A DNA stretch of 64,000 nucleotides, from positions 11,718,001-11,782,000 of the forward strand of contig NC_073412.1 of the NCBI RefSeq assembly GCF_028641065.1, read 5' to 3'. The stretch's first letter is position 1, and every line of letters starts with the position of its first letter. Of the stretch, positions 38,485 through 51,839 are shown in pieces. This stretch comes from Leucoraja erinacea (Eukaryota). A model generated the notes under the pieces. It saw only the letters and a list, made by a program, of their open reading frames with translations, did no database searches and had not been told where the DNA came from. The position numbers and the translations under genes are program-made.

Positions 38485-39859
38485 CTGAAAGACAAACAGG
38501 AGAAATGCCACCAGATTTTTGCTTCAGTTGGCTCAGCTAACCCCACCAACACCTTGGTCCCTCATCTCACTCTTTACTCTACCCCAATCCCAGCTGATAT
38601 TTGACGAAACACACCAACTGTGCCACCACACGTCATTAAATAGACCATTCAGCCCATGACAGTTGTCATTATATTCCCATTCCCACAATCTACACTCTCT
38701 TTCATAGTCATCAAGTTCCCAACTATAACTGGGGCAATTCAGAGGCCAATTAATCTACTGGGGTGCAGAGAAAACTGAAGCGCTCTAGAGGAAATCAACA
38801 ATCACAGCATAAAGTCCACACAGGCAGAAGCTGGAGCAAAGAGGCAGAAGTCCCTCTTATGCTCGAGGGAGCTGCAGATGCTGGTTTACACCGAAGATAT
38901 ACTCCAGCATTTTGTGTCTCTCAGCAGGACAGGCAGCATCACTGGAGAGAACGAATGGGTGACATTTCAGGTCGAGACCCTTCTTCAAACTGAAGAGTCT
39001 TGACCCGAAATGTCACCCATTCCTGCTCTCCAGAGACGCTGCCTGTCCCGTTGAGTTACTTCAGTATTCTGTGTGTGTCATTGATTAAGCTCATCTTGTC
39101 TTCTCCATCCTGTAAGATCCTATGTCCTTCCCAAACCCACAGAACCATGCACCACTCCTTGGCACTAGCTCCTCAATATCCTTGCTAACCCCAACTCGCC
39201 CACTCTACCGATCTTACTCCCTCAACTGCCCCACACCAATCCACCCAGCTCCCCCCCGAATGGATCCAACTGCTTAATTACTCATCATTCTGCCACCCAC
39301 GCACACATTCACTCAAGGATGTCACCTTCATCTCTTCTTCCTGCCCACACCGCAGCGTCCCAGCCTCTTGTCTATCTCTCCTCAGTCAGTCACAAAATGC
39401 GGGAGTAACTCAGCATCTCTGGAGAGAAGGAGTGAGACCCTTCTTCAGACCATTCCTTCTCTCCAGAGATGCTGCCTGTCCCGCTGAGTGACCCAGAATG
39501 TTGTGTCTATCGTCGGTTTAACCCGGCATCTGCAGTGTCGAGCTTTCAACCCCGAGCAGTACCCACCTCCGGCGTGGCTTCTCCCGCCCCCGACCTCCTG
39601 CTCCGGCGAGGACACGGCACTCGGATCCCTGGCTCCTGCAGCGGACCCGTTACCCTTTGAATGACCCTCACGCCGCTCGGCCCCAGTCCCGTAGCTCTCC
39701 CCGCCCCCTCATCCGCCCATGTGTTGCCCGGCACCCGGGCGTCAAGGGCACGGCCACTGCGGCCTCGCCGCTTGGGCTGCTCCGCGGCGGTTGTCCAGCC
39801 GCAGGGAAGCGCCCAGGCCCGCGTCCTCGACCCCGGCTGCATCGCCCCCCGCCACTCAC

Positions 39860-39892
39860 CATCCTCCTCCACAGTCCCGCCGCCGCCGCCAT
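39860..39892 (-). CDS. IDH3A: IDH3A exon 1 coding part (NAD-dependent isocitrate dehydrogenase subunit alpha; full CDS 1104 bp, 367 aa)
   Basis: caagATGGCGGCG... gives MAAAAGLWRRM followed by a gtgagt donor, inside a CpG island. A YY1-type motif CAAGATGGCGGC spans the start codon (39885-39896). Confidence 0.85.
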
Positions 39893-39929
39893 CTTGGCGC
39901 TGCACTGTTTCAACCCGCAGCTCCTGGTC

Positions 39930-41200
39930 ACCACAGGCCCCTGGTCGCGCCAATCACAGGCCCCGGGCCGCCTAAAGCCCGCCCTCTCCTCTCACCAATA
40001 GGACCACCCCACTGCCAATCACAGGGTCCAGCCCAATGCCCGCCCTCCCCAGCACCATTGGACCATTCCAATGCCAATCACGGGTTCCGTGCCTCCAAAG
40101 CCCGCCCCCCCCCGTATCCCCATAGGACCACTCCACTGCCAATCACAGGATTCCGCCTTTAACCATATAACCATATAACAATTACAGCACGGAAACAGGC
40201 CATCTCGACCCTTCTAGTCCGTGCCGAACACATAATCTCCCCTAGTCCCATATACCTGCGCTCAGACCATAACCCTCCATTCCCTTCCCATCCATATAAC
40301 TGTCCAATTTATTTTTAAATGATAAAAACGAACCTGCCTCCACCACCTTCACTGGAAGCTCATTCCACACAGCTACCACTCTCTGAGTAAAGAAGTTCCC
40401 CCTCATGTTACCCCTAAACTTCAGTCCCTTAATTCTCATGTCATGTCGCCTTGTTTGAATCTTCCCTACTCTCAGTGGGAAAAGCTTTTCCACGTCAACT
40501 CTGTCTATCCCTCTCATCATTTTAAAGACCTCTATCAAGTCCCCCCTTAACCTTCTGCGCTCCAAAGAATAAAGCCCTAACTTGTTCAACCTTTCTCTGT
40601 AACTTAGTTGATGAAACCCAGGCAACATTCTAGTAAATCTCCTCTGTACTCTCTCTATTTTGTTGACATCCTTCCTATAATTAGGCGACCAAAATTGTAC
40701 ACCATACTCCAGAATTGGGCTCACCAATGCCTTGTACAATTTTAACATTACATCCCAACTTCTATACTCAATGCTCTGATTTATAAAGGCCAGCACACCA
40801 AAAGCTTTCTTTACCAACCTATCTACATGAGATTCCACTTTCAGGGAACTGTGCACAGTTATTCCCAGATCCCTCTGTTCACCTACATTCTTCAATTCCC
40901 TACCATTTACCAGTTACCCGCCCTCAAGTGTCGCCATTGGATCAATCCACTGCCAATCTCAGGGCCCGGCCCCCCAAAGCCCAATCCAGCCCAATGCCCG
41001 CCCTCCCCAGCACCATTGGACCGATGCACTGCCAATCACGGGTTCCGTACCTCCAAAGCCCGCCCCGCGTATCCTCATAGGGCTAGGCCACTGTCAATCA
41101 CAGGATTATGCCTAAGTGTCGCCATTGGACCAATCACAGGGCCCGCCCCACCCGAAAGCCCGCCCTCCCCTGTCATCAATAGGTCAATCATAGGATCCAG
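39930..41200 (-). promoter_or_regulatory. IDH3A promoter: repeated CCAAT + GC-box modules, interrupted by a CR1 at about 40160-40910
   Basis: Roughly 16 CCAAT/ATTGG boxes and several CCCGCCC motifs. ccagcccaatgcccgccctccc(c)agcaccattggacc is repeated at ~40028 and ~40986. Confidence 0.7.
40160..40910 (-). mobile_element. Young 5'-truncated CR1-clade LINE
   Basis: Uninterrupted 217-aa ORF2 C-terminus (40242-40895; RDLGITV...LEYGVQFWSPNY...NFFTQRVVAVWNELP), intact 3' UTR and (ttatatgg)n tail. Confidence 0.93.
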
Positions 41201-41519
41201 CCCTGGAATTCACTGGAATTTACAAGGATGAGATGGGATCTTATCGAAACATACAACATTCTTAAGGGATTGGACAGGCTCGATGCTGGAAAAATGTTCC
41301 CGGTGTTGGGGGAGTCCAGAACCAGGGGTCACAGTTTAAGGGAATTCTCTGCCACAGAAGGCAATGGATGCCAATTCACTGATGTATTCAAGAGAGAGTT
41401 AAATATACAGTATAGTATAGTATATCTTTATTGTCATTTTCCTGAATACTCACATGCCCAGAGGAAACAAAAAAACGTTGCTCAACCAGTGTCCATTCAG
41501 TGTGCAGTAAAAAATAAAG

Positions 41520-42360
41520 CTCGAAGATAGACACAAAAAGCTGGAGTAACTCAGCGGGACAGGCAGCGTCTGGAGAGAAGGAATGGGTGACATTTCAGGT
41601 CGAGACCCTTCTTCAGACTGGTTAGGGATAATGGAAACAAGAGATATAGACGGTGATGTGGAGAGATAAAGAACAATGAATGAAAGATATGCAAAAAAGT
41701 AACGATGATAAAGGAAACAGGCCAATGTAAGCTGTTCGTAGGGTGAAAATGAGAAGCTAGTGTGACGGGAGGGATAGAGAGAGAAGGAATGCCGGGGCTA
41801 CCTGAAGTGAGAGAAAGCTGCCCAAGTGAAATATGAGATGCTGTTCCTCCAATTTGCATTTAACCCCACTCTGACAATGGAGGAGACTGAGGACAGAAAG
41901 GACTGTGTAGGAATGGGAAGGAGAATGAAAGTGTCCAGCAACCGGCTTCAGGCAGACTGAGCGAAGGTGTTCCGCGAAACGATCGCCCAGTCTGCGTTTG
42001 GTCTCGCCGATGTACAAGACTTCACATCTTGAACAACGGATACAGTAGATGAGTTTTGAGGAGGTGCAGGTGAACCTCTGCTGAACCTGTCGGGGTCCCT
42101 GGACAGAGTCAAGGGAGGCGGTCTAGCGACAGGTGTTGCATCTTCTGCGGTTGCAAGTGAAGGTACCTGGGGAGGGGGTGGTTTGGGTGGGAAGGGATGG
42201 GTTAAGCAGGGAGTTATGGAGCGAGCGGTCATTGCAGAAGGCGGAAAGGGGTGGAGATGGGAGGATGTGACTAGTGGTGGGTTCCTGTTGGAGGTATGCA
42301 ACGGCTGATGGGGTGAAAGGTAAGGACTAGGGGGACTCCGTTCCTGTTGCTACTAGGGGG
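41520..42360 (-). mobile_element. Penelope-like element 3' region (GIY-YIG endonuclease relic)
   Basis: YIGETKRRLGDRFAEHLRSV...VAGHFHSPSH...KLEEQHLIFHLGS (ORF 41757-42017) plus terminal repeat. Confidence 0.88.
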
Positions 42361-43899
42361 ATGGGTAGCAAGGGCAGAGCTGCAGGGATCCATCCAATAT
42401 TCATCCATTCTCGTCCTCACCCACTGTAGCTTCTGATGCAGCAAATTGTACTGGGAGTAATCACGTTATTGGCCTCATTATCAACCCTGCCTCAATCTGA
42501 AGGTACTGGACTGGTCCCGCTACAGAGTCATGCACATGCTAGAATTTTGAGTTAAATAACAGTGTTGGAGGACTCACTCTGAGAAAGGATGACTCAAAAC
42601 TGGTGGAATTCTGTGCCTCAGAGGGAGGTGGAGGCAGGTTCCCTGGATGATTTCAAGAGAGAGCTAGATAGGGCTCTTAAAAATAGTGGAGTCAGGGAAT
42701 ATGGGGAGAAGGCAGGAACGGGGTACCGATTGGGGATGATCAGCCATGATCACATTGAATGGCGGTGCTGGCTCGAAGGGTCGAATGACCTACTCCTGCA
42801 CCAATTGTCTATTGAAATGTTGGCTGCCCACTTCTTTCCACAGATGTTGCCTGACCCGCTGAGTTCCTCCAGCACTTTGTATATTTTATGACACATTTGG
42901 TCCTGCGAGATTGGTCCGCCTTCAGGCTCTGAATGCTCTCAAATAAACAAGAACAATCCCATGGCGATATTTAAGCAGTAGATGCAAAAAACTGCAGATG
43001 CTGGAATTTTGAGCAAAATACCGACTCGAGTCAGAAGAAGGGTCCCGACCTCAAAACAACGATTCCATTTTCTCCACAGCTGTTGTCTGACTGGCTGAGT
43101 TCCTCCAGTACTTCGTATTTTGCTTTAAACAGGCAAGTTCTTATAGTGACAGAGAAGGGCGACATTTAACTTTTCTGGGCTATGCAGACTTGTCCCATTT
43201 CCATGGATCTCATTTCCTTCTCCCTAGTACGCAGTAGTACCACACCATTGCCAAAGCAGACAGTGAAATTGTGGGCACATTACTTCTTGCAGTGCAGTCC
43301 CATAATTTCGCAACGGTTGAACGTAGCAGTGGGGGTTTCCCACTATGGTGTTAACAACTCACCTCTGCTGCAATCCTACCGATGATCGCCCCAGTGCGGG
43401 GCCTTTGCCCACCGGCTACGGGAGTTTCGATCACCCTGACTGCGGATGGTTCGACTGCCCCGACCGCGGGAGAATAAAGAGGGTGGAAGAAGATTGGACT
43501 TTATTGCCTTCCATCACAGTGAGGAATGTGGGGAATCCGCTGTGGTGGATGTTTATGTTAACTTTTATGTAGTTGTGTGTCTTGTTGCTTTTTTTTAGTA
43601 TGGCTGTATGGTAATTCGAATACCACTGTACCTTAATTGGTACACGTGACAATAAAAGACCTTTGAACCTTTGAAATACCGTAAAGCTAATCAGCACAAA
43701 GTGAGCCAGTCAGCCCATAACCAAAGCTCTTTAAAAGCTCTTCCAGCCTGGTTCTCCTAATTTCCTAGTTGCTCAGTCTGATGAAGGGTCTAGACATCAA
43801 ACGTCACCCATTGCTCTTCTCCAGAGATGCTGCCTGACCCGCCGAGTTACTCCAGCATTTTGTATCTATCTCCTAATTCCGCCCTTTTTAGAATATATC

Positions 43900-46320
43900 C
43901 AGTTGTGTTTTGAAAGTCACTACGGAATCGGGAGGCAGCTCAAATGTCAGTGAAGCATCACTCTCTGCGAGCTCAATGCGTTTTACGCACACTTTGATAG
44001 GGAGAACACTGATGTGCCTTCCCGAGCCCACATTCACCTTGATGGTATTTCGGTCACAGTCACAGAGGCCGACGTCAGAAGATCCTTCAGAGGGGTAAAC
44101 CCTTGGAAAGCACCTGGACCTGATGGTATACCCGGGCGTGTTTTAAAGACCTGTCCGGACCAACTGGCTGGAGTTTTTACGGACATTTTCAATCTTTCAA
44201 TTCTGAGGTCTGAGGTTCTCACCTGCTTTAAAAGGGCATCAATAATACTGGTGCCCAAGAAGAGCAAGGTGACGTGCCTCAATGACTATCGACCAGTGGC
44301 ACTTACGTCTGTGGTGATGAAGTGCTTTGAGAGGCTGATCATGGTGCAAATCAACTCCTACCTCGACAAAAACCTGGACCCACTGCAGTTCGCTTACCGC
44401 CACAACTGATCAACGGTGGATGCGATCTCATTGGCTCTCCACTCTGCTCTGGACCACTTGGACAACAAAAACTCATATGTCAGGCTGTTATTCATTGACT
44501 ACAGCTCGGCATTTAATACCATCATTCCCTCCAAGATGGTTACCAAGCTCTCAGATCTGGGTCTCTGTGCATCCCTCTGCAATTGGATCCTCGACTTCCT
44601 CATTCACAGACCAGTCTGGTAATGGTGAAAATCTGTCATCCTCGATAACAATCAGCATGGGAGCACCTCAAGGCTGCGTGCTCAGCCCCTTGCTGTACTC
44701 ACTCTATACTCATGACTGCGTAGCCGGACAAAGTGCGATCTCCGTCATAAAGTTCGCTGGTGACACCACTGATGTGGGACGTATCACTGATGGGGACGTC
44801 AGAGCATAGAAGTGAGATTGACCGATTGACCAAATGGTGCCAGCACAATAACCTGGCTCTCAACACCAGCAAAACCAAGGAACTGATTGTGGACTTTGGA
44901 AGGGGTAGGATGGGGACCCACAGTCCTGTTTATATCCGGTAGGCGGCGCGACTCTCATCAGCAGCGGCCTCTGCAGCCCGCCTGCGTTTTTATTATTTTT
45001 TGTCTATGTTTCTATGTAGTTTTTTGTTATCCTCGACTTCCTGTGTGGGGGGGGGGGGGGGGGGGGGGGTCTGTCCATATTGGGGGGGAGGGGTGTAACT
45101 GGTAACTTTTAATCTCTCCCTGCACGGGAGACCCGACCTTTTCTTTGTTGGGTCTCCGTTGTCGTTGGGGCTGCAACGAGGAGCGGCCTCCAACAGGAAA
45201 AGACCGGGGACTCTGGTGCCGACGACTCACCTCACCGTCGTGGAGCTGGCCGAGTCCAGAGCAGGTGGAGCGATGGTGGAGTGCTGCTGCTGCTGCGGCC
45301 CGACCTCCGGAGATTCGGAGGCTGCAACTGCGGGTCTGGCGGACGGCGGCACCGGGAGCCCGCGGGTCCCTGGAGGGAGACCGCTTTTCAGGGCTCTCGC
45401 AATGGCGACTTCTCCCGCCCGAGTTGCGGGGTCGAAGAGCTCCTGGAGCGGGGCCTGACATCACCGCCCCGCGCGGCTTGGAATGGCCGCGGGACTCTGC
45501 GAGCGCACGCCGGGGGCTCTAACACCAAGACCCGGTGTGCGACCTCGCACCACCTGGCGTGGCTTTAATGGCCGCGGGACAATCGCCATCGCCAGCCGGG
45601 GGCTTTGACTTTGACTCTGACATCGGGGGGGGAGAGTGCAGTGGAGAGATAAGTTTTTTTGGCCTTCCATCACAGCGATGTGATGGATGTTTATGTAAAT
45701 TATGTTGTGTTGTTGTGTCTTGGGTCTATTTGTTTGTAATGTATGGCTGCAGAAACAGCATTTCGTTTGGACCTCAAGGGGTCCAAATGACAATTAAATT
45801 GAATCTTGAATCTTGAATCTTGAATATCAACGGGTCGATGGTGGAAAGGGTCAAGAACTTCACTGGGTCAAGGCTGCAAAAAGTTGTAAACACTGCCCAG
45901 TCCATCATCGGCTTTGATTTCCCTACCATCAAGGGGATCCATGGCAGTCGCTGCCTCAAAAAGGCTGCCAGCATCATCGAGGACCCACACCATCCTGGCC
46001 ACACACTCATCTCTTCGCTGCCATCAGGTAGAAGGTACAGGAACCTGAAATCTGCAACATCTAGGTTCAGGAAAAGTTTCTTCCCCACAGCCATCAGACT
46101 ATTAAACACAACTTCAAACAAACTCTGAACTATAACAGCATATTGCAAATCAGTTATTTATGTGTGTGTGTGTGTGTGCATATATATATATATATATTCT
46201 ATGGTATATGGACACATTGATCTGTTCTGTATTTATGCCTACAATATTCTGTTGTGCTGCAGCAAGCAAGAATTTCATTGTCCTATCTGGGACACATGAC
46301 AATAAACTCTCTTGACTTGA
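43900..46320 (+). mobile_element. Rex1/Babar LINE relic, interrupted by a GC-rich insertion at about 44938-45823
   Basis: [47 protein letters not shown] and [13 protein letters not shown] motifs; resumes after the insert with LPSGRRYR; tail tgacaataaa plus (cttga)n. Confidence 0.92.
44938..45823 (+). mobile_element. About 880-bp GC-rich non-autonomous retroelement with Rex1-type tail
   Basis: Inserted into Rex1 at tatatc|aacggg with atatc repeated at both junctions; ends in hairpin ttggacc-tcaagg-ggtccaa, tgacaattaaa and (cttgaat)n. Confidence 0.7.
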
Positions 46321-48149
46321 CTTGCTCTCTGCCACCCTTCTAATGTGTTCCAGACTATTTACAATTTACCGTGTAGAAGGTCTGTTTATCACTAGTAGTT
46401 ATTTTGTCAATTATTTATGTTCTCCAGTAAGTGACTGCCTGACTTCCTTTCTCGAGATGAAGCAGTTTACTTCCAATTGCCTGCTTCATCATTAATAGAT
46501 AGAACTGCAATCAATTGGCATTGAGTTCCTGATGACATAGACTGTGGTATTAACATTTTATCTAATGAAAATTAAATCACTTTGATCTGTAGATGCTTAA
46601 CTCCTTCCTGCCTTGGCCAGAAGGCAGAGAAAGTACAATTATTTGTGAACGGCGTAGTTGGTAGAGGTGCTGCCTCACAGCACCAGTGACCTGGGTTTGA
46701 TTCTGACCTCAGGTGCTGACTGTGTGGAGTTTGCACATTATCCCCATCCGGCACTCTGTCTTTGTCCTGCATCCACTGATGTGCGGGTTTTTGTAGGTTA
46801 ATTAGTCTCCGTAACTTGCCCCTCGTGTGTTGGGAGTGGATGAGAAAATGGGATAACAGAGCTAGTGTGAATGGATGATCGATGTTCATCGTGGACTCAG
46901 TGGGCCTAAAGGCCTATTTCCATGCTGCATCTCTTTAAAAAATGTTTAATGGTGGTTATGGGGATTTACAAATCTCCGAGACAACTGGTATATAAGTGTA
47001 CTAATGCCTTGAATATAGTTTAGTGTTTAGTGTTAGGGTAGTTTAATGTCAATAATTGATATAAAAGTTGTCCTTGTTTTAACATTTCAAAAGATGCGCC
47101 GTAAACATCCTTACCAGTAAGTTTGGTATGGAATCACTTTTTCTCAAGAAGGTGTCACATTCTGATAGACCGAACCATCTTCTGATTGTGACTTATCAGC
47201 AAGTTAAAGTCCAATGATAAAGATTATTCTGTTCAACCCTGGGTTCAGTACTTTTTGTGATTATACTGAAAACCACAGCACATGTTTTAAACAGCACAAT
47301 CTACTTCAGAGCTCTCAGTGATACTGAATCTGGTAAGAAAATTCCACAAAAAGGTAACAGGCAGTTCAAACCATAAGATAAACACAAAATGCTGGAGTAA
47401 CTCAGTGGGATCGGCAGCATCTCTAGATAGAAGGAATGGGTGACATTTCAGGTCGAGACCCTTCTTCAGTCTGGTGTGCCTATCAGCAGAAATGTAAAGG
47501 AAATCTAAAAGATAGGTGTTTCCATACAGAAGGTGCTGATTATCTCAAACAAGCTACCAGAAGAGTTGGTGGAGGCAGATATAATTACATCAATTAAAAG
47601 TCATTCAGACAGGCACTTAGATAGAAAGGGTGTAGAGAGATACAACATTAAAGGAGGCAAATTTAATGAGCATAGATGGGGCTGAAATTCTAGGATCTTT
47701 ATTCTTGTACTCCAATCTGCTTATTAAGATTGACACAGAGTTTGCTGAAACAGTTTATGAGGCACACAGCCTTACTGCTTTCAAAGGCTGGATCTTGGAG
47801 GCATATATTTAAGCTATGTTATTTACATTTTCCTCAGAGACCTTGTCAAAAGCTCAGCATGTTTCACAACACTCAAAAGCCCGGGGAATAGGCGCTAGCC
47901 CCAGAGTAATCAAGGATCACAATTTGAAATTCGAAAAGACTCAGAAGACAACATAGATTATCTTTGGAATTTAACGCCATGGTGGGAAATACTCAGAGCT
48001 CTATGGCTCGAATGATTCAATTCAATGATTCAATGACTTACGATTCATGTTGAAAACAAAACCAATGCCTTACATCTGAGTTTTAAACATTAATCGCAGT
48101 GATTCTGATGAAAGGTCGCAACCAAACTGTTAACAATCCCTATTCCAGG

Positions 48150-49520
48150 CGTACACCAGCCCTATCCCCGAACTCTATCTCTGCTACATTGACGACTGCA
48201 TCGGTGCTACCTCCTGCACCCATGCAGAACTTACTGACTTTGTTAACTTTACTACTACTTCCCATCCTGGACTCCAATTTACTTGGACCATCTCTGAAAT
48301 CTCCCTACTGTTCCTTGATCTCACCGTCTCTATCACAGGAGATACACTATCGACTGACATGTCTTAAAAACCCACTGAGTCCCACAGCTATCAGCCTGCT
48401 TCCTGCAAAGATTCTATTCCCTACTCATAATTCTCCGTCTACACCGCATCTGCGCCCAAGATGAGATGTTCCATACCAGGACATCTGATGTTCCTTATTT
48501 TTTAGGGATCGGGGGTTCCCCTCTTCCATCATGGATGAGGCCCTCACTAGAGTCCCCTTGATATCTCACAGCTCCGCTCTTACTCCCCTTCCCCCCAGGC
48601 GTAACAGGGACAGAGTCCTCCCAGTCCTCACCCTTCACCCCATCAGCCGTTGCATAGAGCACATAATCCTCCTGCATTTTTGCCACCTACAACGGGATCC
48701 CACCACTAGCCACATCTTCCCATCTCCACCCCTTTCTGCTTTCCTGAGACCGTTCCCTCCGCAAATCCATGGTTAACTTGTCCCTTCCCACCCAAACCAC
48801 ACCCTCCCCAGGTACTTTCCCCTGCAACCACAGGAGACACAACAACTATCTTTATATCTCCGCCCTTGACTCCACCCAAGGACCCCGACAGTCCTTTCAG
48901 GTGAGGCACAGGTTCACTTGTACCTCCTCCAACCTCATCTACTGTATCCGCTGTTCAGGGTGTACTCTCCTATATATCGGCGATACCAAGCGCAGACTCT
49001 GCGATCGTTTCGCTGAACACCTCTGCTCAGTCTGCCTTAACCTACCTAATCTCCCGGATGCGAAACACTTACTCCCCCTTCCGTTCCCACACTGACCTTT
49101 CTGTCCAGGGCCTCCTCCATTGTCAGAGTGAGGCCCAGTGCAAATTGGAGGAACAACAATGTTTCTCATGTTTCTCTTAGGCAGCTTACAACCCAACGGT
49201 ATGAATATTGACTTCTCTAACTTCAAGTAACCTTTGTGTTCCCTCTCTCTCCATTCCTCCCCCCTTTCCAGTTCTCCAACTAGTCTAACTGTCCTCATTT
49301 ACATTTTATCTCTGTTTGCTTTGTTGTTAACTTCTCCTAGCTAACAATAATCTATTCTATATTTTCCTTGATCTTCACCTCTTTTTACACCTCACATTTT
49401 CGTATCTCTGTATCTCGCTCTCCCAATTCAGTCTGAAGAAGGGTCACGACCTGAAACGTCACCCATTCCTTCTAACCAGAGATGCTGCCTGTCTCTCCGA
49501 GTTCCTCCAGCATTTTGTGT
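48150..49520 (+). mobile_element. Penelope-like element (RT end, GIY-YIG, terminal repeat)
   Basis: YIDDCIG-like RT motif relic; FTCTSSNLIYCIRCSGCTLLYIGDTKRRLCDRFAEHL in ORF 48769-49095; terminal ctgaagaagggtc repeat at ~49432. Confidence 0.88.
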
Positions 49521-50187
49521 CTATAAACTATTTGCTTCTACAAATTCTGCCCAGCCTGCTGACTATATCTAAAATTTCAGTTTTGATTTCACATTGTCAG
49601 CATGCCATGGTTTGCTTTTGCATATATAGTGGTATTTTATTTCTGCAGCATTCTTCAGGAAACATTAAATGGTTTGGTATTGCAGGTCATCTTATATGAA
49701 TATATTGCTCACCAGGGTTTTGAAATACAACAGAGACAACAGATACAAATCACATGTACACCTGATCACAAGCTGTGAATAGTTGGTGCATTTCAGTTAA
49801 ATTATCAAACTTTAACAGTTGCGTAGTGCATTAATTACTACATTAGTCAGTACAGTGATAGTGCAAGGGTTTAGAAGCTTTAAGAACTTATCAACAGGTG
49901 CACTTGTATGCTGGATGCGAGATGGTAAAACCCAATTCAATGCAGCAAGTTATATATATTCCCTGGTGATAAGGTCTGGCTTTTTAATGGCTTTCTACGG
50001 CAAATATTCCACCCACGTAGAAATGTGCCGAAAACAGTCTGCAGAGGGTTTGGCCCATTCTTTGGTTTCCGTAACAGTTTCATGGTAAACGCACGTTGGC
50101 TCTGGTGTCTGTATTAATCAGTGGCTTCAGTTTGAGTATTGCTCAGGTTTCTGGAGGTAGCAGCGACTATTGTCAGAGGTGATTGGC

Positions 50188-50273
50188 TTATTTCACAGCC
50201 CTTGGCATCGTTTTGGTTTTTGTAATGACATCAGCAGCCTTGCTCTTCAGCTCTCTGCATTCTTTTAAAAGTT
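50188..50273 (-). CDS. LRRC61: LRRC61-like coding exon 9 (last)
   Basis: (E)LLKECRELKSKAADVITKTKTMPRAVK*; acceptor gcgtag; phase fits exon 8; resembles the LRRC61 C-terminal L.EC..L...A helix. Confidence 0.8.
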
Positions 50274-50425
50274 CTACGCATTAAAATAAGAAGCATCCGT
50301 ATTCAAAATAAATGGAGGCGAAAAATTCAAAGAAAATACGTAAATAAAATACAAATACAAAATCTTAATTAGTTGTTAGAAATTAAAATTGCACAGTGGA
50401 TGAAACAAGTCAAGAGGACTCTTAC

Positions 50426-50548
50426 CAAAAAACTGTTCAGAAGCTTTATCAGTCTGAGTTTGCTGCATTGGTTTCAGTTCCCAGTAACTGTCCTCAACCC
50501 ATTTTGTCGGACTGACCGATACATGGATAGGACAAATGCTGTCAATTT
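50426..50548 (-). CDS. LRRC61: LRRC61-like coding exon 8
   Basis: (E)IDSICPIHVSVSPTKWVEDSYWELKPMQQTQTDKASEQFF; WVE..YWE matches LRRC61; ttttcag/gtaaga. Confidence 0.85.
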
Positions 50549-51839
50549 CTGAAAATAAAGAACTTGCATCTCTGTAAATAATTTTCACAACGTGATATTC
50601 CCCAAATGAATTGCTCTTAATGAAGTATTTATGAAGTGTGAAAATTGTCTGTCATAGAATCTTACAAGGCCCTTCATCCCAACTTGCCCACACCAGCCAA
50701 CATGGCTGCACTAGTCCCACCTGCCTGCGTTTGGCCTGTATCCCTCTAAACCTGTCCTATCCATGTACCTGTCTAAATGTTTCTTAAGTGTTGCGATACT
50801 ACCTACCTCAACCATCTCCTCCATTATCTATGATAATGTGGTAAATAGGACATAATGTTCACAATGCAATCCGAGTTATTAAAAAATATACGGACTGTGC
50901 ATGTTTGAGGTAGATATATTCACTGGCCTTGATATGGGAGAAAAATACATGGGTTGATACCCATGCAGTCACATGGAGAACGTGAAAACTCCACACTGAC
51001 AGGATCAATACAGGGTCGCTGGAGCAGCAGCACTAATACTTCACCACTATGCTGCTCTTGGGTGGACAAGAGCAGACAAAGATGTAAAAAGCATTTACAT
51101 ATTTGTTTATTTCCTGTCATAATGTTTTTCATTATAAATTCATAACTACAAAATTGGTTGATGGGGATCAAGCAGCCTCAGAATAAATTCAGTGCAAAAA
51201 CTGTAACCTTGCTCCAAGCTTCAAAGGAGAAGCTAACATTTTCTTAACAATTATACCTGTGATAAAAAGACAATGCATGGTCAAACTGGTTAATTTTGCC
51301 ACTTAATGATTAATTAAATGTTCACAAGCAGATCAAGTGTTAAGCACATAGAATGGCATAATAAAAGTTACTTTTGCTTTTGCTTGCTTTTGTTGCTTTT
51401 GACCCTGTATACGTTTTAAAAAGTTGCAAAAGGCCCATGATGGTATCTGTGAAGATAGCAACTAAATCAAGGTTAGAGGCAGTTTAAAGTCACGCACACA
51501 ATCGTGCATCTCATGCCCATTTCAGCATTATTTCAGATTATTCGAGCATCTTTGTCATTATGTTTCATGAAGAAGATACACTCTGAGTAATGCCACGTCC
51601 CATATGTGGTTCTAACTGTAAACCTGATAATCTCTGACTCTGGTAGTCAGACATTGTTGCCGTCAACCACCTTCTTAAAACTGTCTTTGGGCAAGATTAT
51701 TTCAGACTGATGTCTGAAGAAGGGTCTTGACTCAAAACATCATCCATTCCTTCTCTCCAGAGATGCTGCCTGGCCCGCTGAGTTACTCCAGCATTTTGTG
51801 TCTATCTTCGGTTTAAACCAGTATCTGCAGTTGCTTCCT

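Noticed and set aside
39546-40162. Overlapping GC-rich ORFs around IDH3A exon 1
   Set aside because: Stop-poor CpG island; only the 33-bp MAAAAGLWRRM exon has splice and homology support.
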